Assembly (NCBI RefSeq): GCF_009914755.1
Contig: NC_060927.1
Length of the DNA: 64,000 nt
From: the human T2T-CHM13v2.0 reference genome, Homo sapiens
Reading direction: 5' to 3' (one strand)
The notes beneath the pieces were generated by a model. The model was given only the letters and a program-made list of their open reading frames with translations, was not told where the DNA came from and did no database searches. Positions within the stretch are counted from its first letter, which is position 1. Each line of letters begins with the position of its first letter. A program made the translations under genes and the position numbers. Shown here piece by piece: positions 1-14,200 of the stretch.

Positions 1-616
1 GAAAGTACATCAAATATATATTTTATTCTGTACATAAAATATCAAAGTACACCAGATATATATTCTATAGTGTACATAAAATATCAAAGTACCCAAACTA
101 TACATTATATACTGTACATAAAATATGAAATTACAGCAAATATATATTATATTAGGTATATAAAATATGAAAGTACATCAAATATAGATTATATACTGTA
201 CATTAAATACCAAAGTACCCCAAATATATATTTTATACTGTACATGAAATATCAAAGTTCACAAACTATATATTATATACTGTACATAAAATATCAATGT
301 ACCCAAGGTATATATTCTATACTGCACAAAAAATATCAAAGTACCCAAAGCATGTATTATATACTGTATATAAAATATGAAAGTACATCAAATATATATT
401 TTATTCTGTACATAAAATATCAAAGTACACCAGATATATATTCTATAGTGTACATAAAATAACAAAGTACACAAACTATAAATTATATCCTGTACATAAA
501 ATATGAAATTACATCAAATATATATTAGGTACATAAAATATGAAAGTACATCAAATATAGATTATATACTGTACATTAAGTACCAAAGTACACCAAATAT
601 ATATTTTATACTCTAC

Positions 617-1372
617 ATGAAATATCAAAGTTCACAAACCATATATTATATACTGTGCATAAAATATCAAAGTACCCAAGGTATATATTCTATACTGTAC
701 AAAAAATATCAAAGTACCCAAAGCATGTATTATATACTATACATAAAATATGAAATTACATCAAATATATATTTTATTCTGTACATAAAATATCAAAGTA
801 CACCAGATATATATTCTATAGTGTACATAAAATATCAAAGTACCCAAACTATACATTATATACTGTACATAAAATGTGAAATTACATCAAATATATATTA
901 TATTAGGTACATAAAATATGAAAGTACATCAAATATAGATTATATACTGTACATTAAATACCAATATACCCCAAATATATATTTTATACTGTACATGAAA
1001 TATCAAAGTTCACACACTATATATTATATACTGTACATAAAATATCAAAGTACCCAAGGTATATATTCTATACTGTACAAAAAACATCAAAGTACCCAAA
1101 GCATGTATTATATACTGTACATAAAATATGAAAGTACATCAAATATATATTTTATTCTGTACATAAAATATCAAAGTACACCAGATATATATTCTATAGT
1201 GTACATAAAATATCAAAGTACCCAAACTATACATTATATACTGTACATAAAATATGAAATTACATCAAATATATATTATATTAGGTACATAAAATAAGAA
1301 AGTACATCAAATATAGATTATATACTGTACATAAAATATCAAAGTACCCCAAATATATATTATATACTCTAC
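617..1372 (+). repeat. Two consecutive full-length 378-bp HOR units (m1-m9), example
   Basis: The m1 landmark ATGAAATATCAAAGTTCAC starts at 617, 995 and 1373, spacings of exactly 378 bp (9 x 42). Confidence 0.97.
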
Positions 1373-1745
1373 ATGAAATATCAAAGTTCACAAACTATAT
1401 ATTATATACTGTACATAAAATATCAAAGTACCCAAGGTATATATTCTATAGTGTACAAAAAATATCAAAGTATCCAAAGCATGTTTTATATACTGTATAT
1501 AAAATATGAAAGTACATTAAAGATATATTTTATTCTGTACATAAAATATCAAAATACACCAGATATATATTCTATAGTGTACATAAAATAACAAAGTACA
1601 CAAATTATAAATTATATACTGTACATAAAATATGAAATTACATCAAATATATATTAGGTACATAAAATATGAAAGTACATCAAATATAGATTATATACTG
1701 TACATATAATATCAATGTACCCCAAATATATATTTTATACTCTAC
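1373..1745 (+). repeat. 373-bp HOR variant (5-bp deletion in m7), example of a common class
   Basis: m1 landmarks at 1373 and 1746. m7 reads AAATATATATTAGGTAC instead of AAATATATATTATATTAGGTAC. Confidence 0.95.
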
Positions 1746-4548
1746 ATGAAATATCAAAGTTCACAAACCATACACTATATACTGTACATAAAATATCAAA
1801 GTACCCAAGTTATATATTCTATACTGTACAAAAGATATCAAAGTACCCAAAGCATGTATTATATACTGTATATAAAATATGAAAGTACATCAAATATATA
1901 TTATATACTGTACATAAAATATCAAAGTACACCAGATATATATTTTATAGTGTACATAAAATATCAAAGTACCCAAGGTATATATTCTATACTGTACAAA
2001 AAATATCAAAATACCCAAAGCATGTATTATATACTGTATATAAAATATGAAAATACATTAAATATATATTTTATTCTGTACATAAAATATCAAAGTACAC
2101 CAGATATGTATTCTATAGTGTACATAAAATAACAAAGTACACAAACTATAAATTATATACTGTACGTAAAATATGAAATTACATCAAATATATATTAGGT
2201 ACATAAAATATGAAAGTACATCAAATATAGATTATATACTGTACATATAATATCAATGTACCCCAAATATATATTTTATACTCTACATGAAATATCAAAG
2301 TTCACAAACCATACATTATATACTTTCCATAAAATATCAAAGTACCCATGGCATATATTCTATACTGTACAAAAGATATCAAAGTACCCAAAGCATGTAT
2401 TATATACTGTACATAAAATATGAAAGTACATCAAATATATATTTTATTCTGTACATAAAATATCAAAGTACACCAGATATATATTCTATAGTGTACATAA
2501 AATATCAAAGTACCCAAACTATATATTATATACTGTACATAAAATATGAAATTACATCAAATATGTATTATATTCGGTACATAAAATATGAAAGTACATC
2601 AAATATAGATTATATACCATACATAAAATATCAAAGTACCCCAAATATATATTATATACTATACATGAAATATCAAATATCACAAACTATATATTATATA
2701 CTGTACATAAAATATCAAAGTACCCAATGTATATATTCTATAGTGTACAAAAAATATCAAAGTACCCAAAGCATGTATTATATACTGTACATAAAATATA
2801 AAAGTACATCAAATATATATTTTATTCTGTACATAAAATATGAAAGTACACCAGATATATATTCTATAGTGTACATAAAATATCAAAGTACCCAAACTAT
2901 ACATTATATACTGTACATAAAATATGAAATTACATCAAATATATATTATATTAGGTACTTAAAATATGAAAGTACATCAAATATAGATTATATACTGTAC
3001 ATAAAATATCAAAGTACCCCAAATATATATTATATACTCTACATGAAATATCAAAGTTCACAAACTATATATTATATACTGTACATAAAATATCAAAGTA
3101 CCCAAGGTATATATTCTATACTGTACAAAAAATATCAAAGTATCCAAAGCATGTTTTATATACTGTATATAAAATATGAAAGTACATTAAAGATATATTT
3201 TATTCTGTACATAAAATATCAAAATACACCAGATATATATTCTATAGTGTACATAAAATAACAAAGTACAGAAACTATAAATTATATACTGTACATAAAA
3301 TATGAAATTACATCAAATATATATTAGGTACATAAAATATGAAAGTACATCAAATATAGATTATATACTGTACATATAATATCAATGTACCCCAAATATA
3401 TATTTTATACTCTACATGAAATATCAAAGTTCACAAACCATACATTATATACTGTACATAAAATATCAAAGTACCCAAGTTATATATTCTATACTGTACA
3501 AAAGATATCAAAGTACCCAAAGCATGTATTATATACTGTATATAAAATATGAAAGTACATCAAATATATATTATATACTGTACATAAAATATCAAAGTAC
3601 ACCAGATATATATTTTATAGTGTACATAAAATATCAAAGTACCCAAACTATACATTATATACTGTACATAAAATATGAGATTACATCAAATATATATTAT
3701 ATTAGGTACATAAAATATGAAAGTACATCAGATATAGATTATATACTGTACATAAAATATCAAAGTACCCCAAATATATATTATATACTCTACATGAAAT
3801 ATCAAAGTTCACAAACTATATATTATATACTGTACATAAAATATCAAAGTACCCAAGGTATATATTCTATACTGTACAAAAAATATCAAAATACCCAAAG
3901 CATGTATTATATACTGTATATAAAATATGAAAGTACATCAAATATATATTTTATTCTGTACATAAAATATCAAAGTACACCAGATATATATTCTATAGTG
4001 TACATAAAATATCAAAGTACCCAAACTATACATTATATACTGTACATAAAATATGAAATTACAGCAAATATATATTATATTAGGTACATAAAATATGAAA
4101 GTACATCAAATATAGATTATATACTGTACATTAAATACCAAAGTACCCCAAATATATATTTTATACTGTACATGAAATATCAAAGTTCACAAACTATATA
4201 TTATATACTGTACATAAAATATCAATGTACCCAAGGTATATATTCTATACTGCACAAAAAATATCAAAGTACCCAAAGCATGTATTATATACTGTATATA
4301 AAATATGAAAGTACATCAAATATATATTTTATTCTGTACATAAAATATCAAAGTACACCAGATATATATTCTATAGTGTACATAAAATATCAAAGTACCC
4401 AAACTATACATTATATACTGTACATAAAATATGAAATTACGTCAAATATATATTATATTAGGTACATAAAATACGAAAGTACATCAAATATAGATTATAT
4501 ACTGTACATAAAATATCAAAGTACCCCAATATATATTATATACTGTAC

Positions 4549-5084
4549 ATGAAATATCAAAGTTCACAAACTATATATTATGTACTGTACATAAAATATC
4601 AAAGTACCCAAGGTATATATTCTATACTGTACAAAAAATATCAAAGTACCCAAAGCATGTATTATATAATGTACATAAAATATGAAAGTACATCAAATAT
4701 ATATTTTATTCTGTACATAAAATATCAAAGAACACCAGATATATATTCTATAGTGTACATAAAATATCAAAGTACCCAAACTATACATTATATACTGTAC
4801 ATAAAATATGAAATTACATCATATATATATTAGGTACATAAAATATGAAAGTACATCAAATATATATTTTATTCTGTACATAAAATATCAAAGTACACCA
4901 GATATATATTCTATAGTGTACATAAAATAACAAAGTACACAAACTATAAATTATATACTGTACATAAAATATGAAATTACATCAAATATATATTAGGTAC
5001 ATAAAATATGAAAGTACATCAAATATAGATTATATACTGTACATATAATATCAATGTACCCGAAATATATATTTTATACTCTAC
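4549..5084 (+). repeat. 536-bp 13-monomer HOR variant (m1-m7del, m4-m7del, m8, m9); at least 12 copies
   Basis: m1 landmark spacing of 536 = 378+168-10 at 4549, 10779, 13774, 21668, 30482, 46378, 48425, 49338, 51925, 58184, 59471 and 60384. Confidence 0.93.
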
Positions 5085-5840
5085 ATGAAATATCAAAGTT
5101 CACAAACCATATATTGTATACTGCACATGAAATATCAAAATACCCAAGGTATATATTCTATACTGTACAAAAAATATCAAAGTACCCAAAGCATGTATTA
5201 TATACTGTACAAAAAATATGAAAGTACATCAAATATATATTTTATTCTGTACATAAAATATCAAAGTACACCACATATATATTCTATAGTGTACATAAAA
5301 TATCAAAGTACCCAAACTATATATTATATACAGTACATAAAATATGAAATTACATCAAATATGTATTATATTAGGTACATAAAATATGAAAGTACATCAA
5401 ATATAGATTATATACCGTACATAAAATATCAAAGTACCCCAAATATATATTATATACTATACATGAAATATCAAATATCACAAACTATATATTATATACT
5501 GTACATAAAATATCAAAGTACCCAATGTATATATTCTATAGTGTACAAAAAATATCAAAGTACCCAAAGCATGTATTATATACTGTACATAAAATATAAA
5601 AGTACATCAAATATATATTTTATTCTGTACATAAAATATGAAAGTACACCAGATATATATTCTATAGTGTACATAAAATATCAAAGTACCCAAACTATAC
5701 ATTATATACTGTACATAAAATATGAAATTACATCAAATATATATTATATTAGGTACTTAAAATATGAAAGTACATCAAATATAGATTATATACTGTACAT
5801 AAAATATCAAAGTACCACAAATATATATTATATACTGTAC

Positions 5841-6091
5841 ATGAAATATCAAAGTTCACAACTATATATTATATACTGTACATAAAATATCAAAGTCCCC
5901 AAGGTATATATTCTATACTGTACAAAAAATATCAAAGTACACAAAGCATGTATTATATACTGTACATAAAATATGAAATTACATCAAATATATATTATAT
6001 TAGGTACATAAAATATGAAAGTACATCAAATATAGATTATATACTGTACATAAAATATCAAAGTACCCCAAATATATATTATATACTGTAC
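5841..6091 (+). repeat. 251-bp 6-monomer HOR variant (m1,m2,m3,m7,m8,m9 with a 1-bp deletion in m1)
   Basis: m3 is followed directly by an m7-type monomer. Copies start at 5841, 16567, 32903, 36880 and 40517, each followed by an m1 variant reading CATGTAATATC. A 252-bp version is at 52839. Confidence 0.92.
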
Positions 6092-6846
6092 ATGTAATAT
6101 CAAAGTTCACAACTATATATTACATACTGTACATAAAATATCAAAGTACCCAAGGTATATATTCTATACTGTACAAAAAATATCAAAGTACCCAAAGCAT
6201 GTATTATATACTGTACATAAAATATGAAAGTACATCAAATATATATTTTATTCTGTACATAAAATATCAAAGTACACCAGATATATATTCTATAGTGTAT
6301 ATAAAATATCAAAGTATCCAAACTATACATTATATACTGTACATAAAATATGAAATTACGTCAAATATATATTATATTAGGTACATAAAATATGAAAGTA
6401 CATGAAGTATAGATTATATACTGTACATAAAATATCAAAGTACCCCAAATTTATATTATATACTATACATGAAATATCAAAGTTCACAAACTATATATTA
6501 TATACTGTACATAAAATATCAAAGTACCCAAGGTATATATTCTATAGTGTACAAAAAATATCAAAGTACCCAAAGCATGTATTATATACCGTACATAAAA
6601 TATAAAATTACATCAAATATATATTTTATTCTGTACATAAAATATCAAAGTACACCAGATATATATTCTATAGAGTACATAAAATATCAAAGTACCCAAA
6701 CTATACATTACATACTGTACATAAAATATGAAATTACATCAAATATATATTATAATAGGTACATAAAATATGAAAGTACATCAAATATAGATTATATACT
6801 GTACATTAAATACGAAAGTACCCCAAATATATATTTTATAGTGTAC

Positions 6847-7182
6847 ATGAAATATCAAAGTACCCAAGGTATATATTCTATACTGTACAAAAAATATCAA
6901 AGTACCCAAAGCATGTATTACAAACTGTACATAAAATATGAAAGTCTATCAAATATATATTTTATTCTGTACATAAAATATCAAAGTACACCAGATATAT
7001 ATTCTATAGTGAACATAAAATATCAAAGTACCCAAACTATACATTATATACTGTACATAAAATATGAAATTACATCAAATATATATTATATTAGGTAAAT
7101 AAAATATGAAAGTACATCAAATATAGATTATATACTGTACATTAAGTACCAAAGTACCCCAAATATATATTTTATACTGTAC
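6847..7182 (+). repeat. 336-bp 8-monomer HOR variant with a fused m1/m2 monomer
   Basis: ATGAAATATCAAAG (m1 start) continues as TACCCAAGGTATATATTC (m2 end). Fusion seen at 6847, 17573, 33909, 41523 and 55222. Confidence 0.92.
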
Positions 7183-9599
7183 ATGAAATATCAAAGTTCA
7201 CAAACTATATATTATATACTGTACATAAAATATGAAAGTACCCAAGGTATATACTCTATACTGTACAAAAAATATCAAAGTACCCAAAGCATGTATTATA
7301 TACTGTACATAAAGTAAGAAAGTACATCAAATATATATTTTATTCTGTACATAAAATATCAAGGTACACCAGATATATATTCTATAGTGTACATAAAATA
7401 TCAAAGTACCCAAACTATAAATTATATACTGTACATAAAATATGAAATTACATCAAATATATATTATATTAGGTACATAAAATATGAAAGTACATCAAAT
7501 ATAGATTATATACTCTACATTAAATACCAAAGTACCCCAAATATATGTTTTATACTGTACATGAAATATCAAAGTTCACAAAGTATATATTATATACTGT
7601 ACATAAAATATCAAAGTAACCAAGGTATATATTCTATACTGTACAAAAGATATCAAAGTACCCAAAGCATGTATTATATACTGTACATAAAATATGAAAG
7701 TACATCATATATATATTTTATTCTGTACATAAAATATTAAAGTACACAAGATATATATTCTATAGTGTACATAAAATATCAAAGTACCCAAACTATACAT
7801 TATATACTGTACATAAAATATGAAATTACATCAAATATATATTAAGTACATAAAATATGAAAGTACATCAAATATAGATTATATACTGTACATAAAATAT
7901 CAATGTACACCAAATATATATTATATACTCTACATGAAATATCAAAGTTCACAAACTATATATTATATACTGTCCATAAAATATCAAAGTACCCAAGGTA
8001 TATATTCTATACTGTACAAAAAATATCAAAGTAAACAAAGCATGTATTATATACTGTACCTAAAATATGAAAGTACATCAAATATATATTTTATTCTGTA
8101 CATAAAATATCAAACTACACCAGATATATATTCTATAGTGTATATAAAATATCAAAGTACCCAAACTATACATTATATACTGTACATAAAATATGAAATT
8201 ACATCAAATATATATTATATTAGGTACATAAAATATGAAAGTACATGAAGTATAGATTATATACTGTACATAAAATATCAAAGTACCCCAAATTTATATT
8301 ATATACTATACATGAAATATCAAAGTTCACAAACTATATATTATATACTGTACATAAAATATCAAAGTACCCAAGGTATATATTCTATAGTGTACAAAAA
8401 ATATCAAAGTACGCAAAGCATGTATTATATACCGTACATAAAATATAAAATTACATCAAATATATATTTTATTCTGTACATAAAATATCAAAGTACACCA
8501 GATATATATACTATAGTGTACCTAAAATATCAAAGTACCCAAACTATACATTATACACTGCACATAAAATATGTAATTACATCAAATATATATTAGGTAC
8601 ATAAAATATGAAAGTACATCAAATATAGATTATATACTGTAAATATAATATCAATGTACCCCAAATATATATTTTATACTCTACATGAAATATCAAAGTT
8701 CACAAACCATATATTATATACTGTACATAAAATATCAAAGTACCCAAGGTATATATTCTATACTGAACAAAAAATATCAAAGTACCCAAAGCATGTATTA
8801 TATACTGTACATAAAATATGAAAGTACATCAAATATATATTTTATTCTGTACATAAAATATCAAAGTACACCAGATATATATTCTATAGTGTACATAAAA
8901 TATCAAAGTACCCAAACTATACATTATATACTGTACATAAAATATGAAATTACATCAAATATATATTATATTAGGTACATGAAATATGAAAGTACATCAA
9001 ATATAGATTATATACTGTACATAAAATATGAAAGTACCCCAAATATATATTATATACTCTACATGAAATATCAAAGTTCACAAACTATATATTATATACT
9101 GTACATAAAATATCAAAGTACCCAAGGTATATATTCTATACTGTACAAAAAATATCAAAATACCCAAAGCATGTATTATATACTGTATATAAAATATGAA
9201 AGTACATCAAATATATATTTTATTCTGTACATAAAATATCAAAGTACACCAGATATATATTCTATAGTGTACATAAAATATCAAAGTACCCAAACTATAC
9301 ATTATATACTGTACATAAAATATGAAATTACAGCAAATATATATTATATTAGGTACATAAAATATGAAAGTACATCAAATATAGATTATATACTGTACAT
9401 TAAATACCAAAGTACCCCAAATATATATTTTATACTGTACATGAAATATCAAAGTTCACAAACTATATATTATATACTGTACATAAAATATCAATGTACC
9501 CAAGGTATATATTCTATACTGCACAAAAAATATCAAAGTACCCAAAGCATGTATTATATACTGTATATAAAATATGAAACTACATCAAATATATATTTT

Positions 9600-11270
9600 A
9601 TTCTGTACATAAAATATCAAAGTACACCAGATATATATTCTATAGTGTACATAAAATAACAAAGTACACAAACTATAAATTATATCCTGTACATAAAATA
9701 TGAAATTACATCAAATATATATTAGGTACATAAAATATGAAAGTACATCAAATATAGATTATATACTGTACATTAAGTACCAAAGTACACCAAATATATA
9801 TTTTATTCTGTACATAAAATATCAAAGTACACCAGATATATATTCTATAGTGTACATAAAATATCAAAGTACCCAAACTATACATTATATACTGTACATA
9901 AAATATGAAATTACATCAAATATATATTATATTAGGTAAATGAAATATGAAAGTACATCAAATATAGATTATATACTGTACATAAAATATGAAAGTACCC
10001 CAAATATATATTATATACTCTACATGAAATATCAAAGTTCACAAACTATATATTATATACTGTACATAAAATATCAAAGTACCCAAGGTATATATTCTAT
10101 ACTGTACAAAAAATATCAAAGTATCCAAAGCATGTATTATATACTGTATATAAAATATGAAAGTATATCAAATATATATTTTATTCTGTACATAAAATAT
10201 CAAAGTACACCAGATATATATTCTATAGTGTACATAAAATATCAAAGTACCCAAACTATACATTATATACTGTACATAAAATATGAAATTACAGCAAATA
10301 TATATTATATTAGGTACATAAAATATGAAAGTACATCAAATATAGATTATATACTCTACATTAAATACCAAAGTACCCCAAATATATATTTTATACTGTA
10401 CATGAAATATCAAAGTTCACAAACTATATATTATATACTGTACATAAAATATCAATGTACCCAAGGTATATATTCTATACTGCACAAAAAATATCAAAGT
10501 ACCCAAAGCATGTATTATATACTGTATATAAAATATGAAAGTACATCAAATATATATTTTATTCTGTACATAAAATATCAAAGTACACCAGATATATATT
10601 CTATAGTGTACATAAAATATCAAAGTACCCAAACTATACATTATATACTGTACATAAAATATGAAATTACATCAAATATATATTATATTAGGTACATAAA
10701 ATACGAAAGTACATCAAATATAGATTATATACTGTACATAAAATATGAAAGTACCCCAATATATATTATATACTCTACATGAAATATCAAAGATCACAAA
10801 CTATATATTATGTACTGTACATAAAATATCAAACTACCCTAGGTATATATTCTATACTGTACAAAAAATATCAAAGTACCCAAAGCATGTATTATATAAT
10901 GTACATAAAATATGAAAGTACATCAAATATATATTTTATTCTGTACATAAAATATCAAAGAACACCAGATATATATTCTATAGTGTACATAAAATATCAA
11001 AGTACCCAAACTATACATTATATACTGTACATAAAATATGAAATTACATCATATATATATTAGGTACATAAAATATGAAAGTACATCAAATATATATTTT
11101 ATTCTGTACATAAAATATCAAAGTACACCAGATATATATTCTATAGTGTACATAAAATAACAAAGTACACAAACTATAAAATATATACTGTACATAAAAT
11201 ATGAAATTACATCAAATATATATTAGGTACATAAAATATGAAAGTACATCAAATATAGATTATATACTGT
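9600..11270 (+). repeat. About 1.6-kb block duplicated at about 12595-14265 (offset 2995)
   Basis: Shared private markers: m9-to-m5 jump, TAGGTAAATGAAATATGA, CAAACTACCC and CTATAAAATATATACTG. ORF starts 9700/12695, 9940/12935 and 10779/13774. Confidence 0.88.
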
Positions 11271-14200
11271 ACATATAATATCAATGTACCTGAAATATAT
11301 ATTTTATACTCTACATGAAATATCAAAGTTCACAAACCATATATTGTATACTGCACATAAAATATCAAAATACACAAGGTATATATTCTATACTGTACAA
11401 AAAATATCAAAGTACCCAAAGCAGGTATTATATACTGTATATAAAATATGAAAGTACATCAAATATATATTTTATTCTGTACATAAAATATCAAAGTACA
11501 CCAGATATATATTCTATAGTGTACATAAAATATCAAGGTACCCAATCTATATATTATATACTGTACATAAAATATGAAATTACAGCAAATATATATTATA
11601 TTAGGTACATAAAATATGAAAGTACATCAAATATAGATTATATACTGTACATTAAATACCAAAGTACCCCAAATATATATTTTATACTGTACATGAAATA
11701 TCAAAGTTCACAAACTATATATTATATACTGTACATAAAATATCAATGTACCCAAGGTATATATTCTATACTGCACAAAAAATATCAAAGTACCCAAAGC
11801 ATGTATTATATACTGTATATAAAATATGAAAGTACATCAAATATATATTTTATTCTGTACATAAAATATCAAAGTACACCAGATATATATTCTATAGTGT
11901 ACATAAAATATCAAAGTACCCAAACTATACATTATATACTGTACATAAATATGAAATTACATCAAATATATATTATATTAGGTACATAAAATATGAAAGT
12001 ACATGAAGTATAGATTATATACTGTAGATAAAATATCAAAGTACCCCAAATTTATATTATATACTATACATGAAATATCAAAGTTCACAAACTATATATT
12101 ATATACTGTACATAAAATATCAAAGTACCCAAGGTATATATTCTATAGTGTACAAAAAATATCAAAGTACCCAAAGCATGTATTATATACCGTACATAAA
12201 ATATAAAATTACATCAAATATATATTTTATTCTGTACATAAAATATCAAAGTACACCAGATATATATACTATAGTGTACATAAAATATCAAAGTACCCAA
12301 TCTATACATTATACACTGCACATAAAATATGAAATTACATCAAATATATATTAGGTACATAAAATATGAAAGTACATCAAATATAGATTATATACTGTAA
12401 ATATAATATCAATGTACCCCAAATATATATTTTATACTCTACATGAAATATCAAAGTTCACAAACCATATATTATATACTGTACATAAAATATCAAAGTA
12501 CCCAAGGTATATATTCTATACTGTACAAAAAATATCAAAGTACCCAAAGCATGTATTATATACTGTACATAAAATATGAAAGTACATCAAATATATATTT
12601 TATTCTGTATATAAAATATCAAAGTACACCAGATATATATTCTATAGTGTACATAAAATAACAAAGTACACAAACTATAACCTGTACATAAAATATGAAA
12701 TTACATCAAATATATATTAGGTACATAAAATATGAAAGTACATCAAATATAGATTATATACTGTACATTAAGTACCAAAGTACACCAAATATATATTTTA
12801 TTCTGTACATAAAATATCAAAGTACACCAGATATATATTCTATAGTGTACATAAAATATCAAAGTACCCAAACTATACATTATATACTGTACATAAAATA
12901 TGAAATTACATCAAATATATATTATATTAGGTAAATGAAATATGAAAGTACATCAAATATAGATTATATACTCTACATAAAATATGAAAGTACCCCAAAT
13001 ATATATTATATACTCTACATGAAATATCAAAGTTCACAAACTATATATTATATACTGTACATAAAATATCAAAGTACCCAAGGTATATATTCTATACTGT
13101 ACAAAAAATATCAAAGTATCCAAAGCATGTATTATATACTGTATATAAAATATGAAAGTACATCAAATATATATTTTATTCTGTACATAAAATATCAAAG
13201 TACACCAGATATATATTCTATAGTGTACATAAAATATCAAAGTACCCAAACTATACATTATATACTGTACATAAAATATGAAATTACAGCAAATATATAT
13301 TATATTAGGTACATAAAATATGAAAGTACATCAAATATAGATTATATACTCTACATTAAATACCAAAGTACCCCAAATATATATTTTATACTGTACATGA
13401 AATATCAAAGTTCACAAACTATATATTATATACTGTACATAAAATATCAATGTACCCAAGGTATATATTCTATACTGCACAAAAAATATCAAAGTACCCA
13501 AAGCATGTATTATATACTGTATATAAAATATGAAAGTACATCAAATATATATTTTATTCTGTACATAAAATATCAAAGTACACCAGATATATATTCTATA
13601 GTGTACATAAAATATCAAAGTACCCAAACTATACATTATATACTGTACATAAAATATGAAATTACATCAAATATATATTATATTAGGTACATAAAATACG
13701 AAAGTACATCAAATATAGATTATATACTGTACATAAAATATGAAAGTACCCCAATATATATTATATACTCTACATGAAATATCAAAGTTCACAAACTATA
13801 TATTATGTACTGTACATAAAATATCAAACTACCCAAGGTATATATTCTATACTGTACAAAAAATATCAAAGTACCCAAAGCATGTATTATATAATGTACA
13901 TAAAATATGAAAGTACATCAAATATATATTTTATTCTGTACATAAAATATCAAAGAACACCAGATATATATTCTATAGTGTACATAAAATATCAAAGTAC
14001 CCAAACTATACATTATATACTGTACATAAAATATGAAATTACATCATATATATATTAGGTACATAAAATATGAAAGTACATCAAATATATATTTTATTCT
14101 GTACATAAAATATCAAAGTACACCAGATATATATTCTATAGTGTACATAAAATAACAAAGTACACAAACTATAAAATATATACTGTACATAAAATATGAA

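Noticed and set aside
6402-6605. Recurrent 67-aa alternative-frame ORF (MKYRLYTVHKISKYPK...)
   Set aside because: It is created by the m8 variant CATGAAGTATAG in a duplicated HOR type, so recurrence reflects block copying, not coding conservation.
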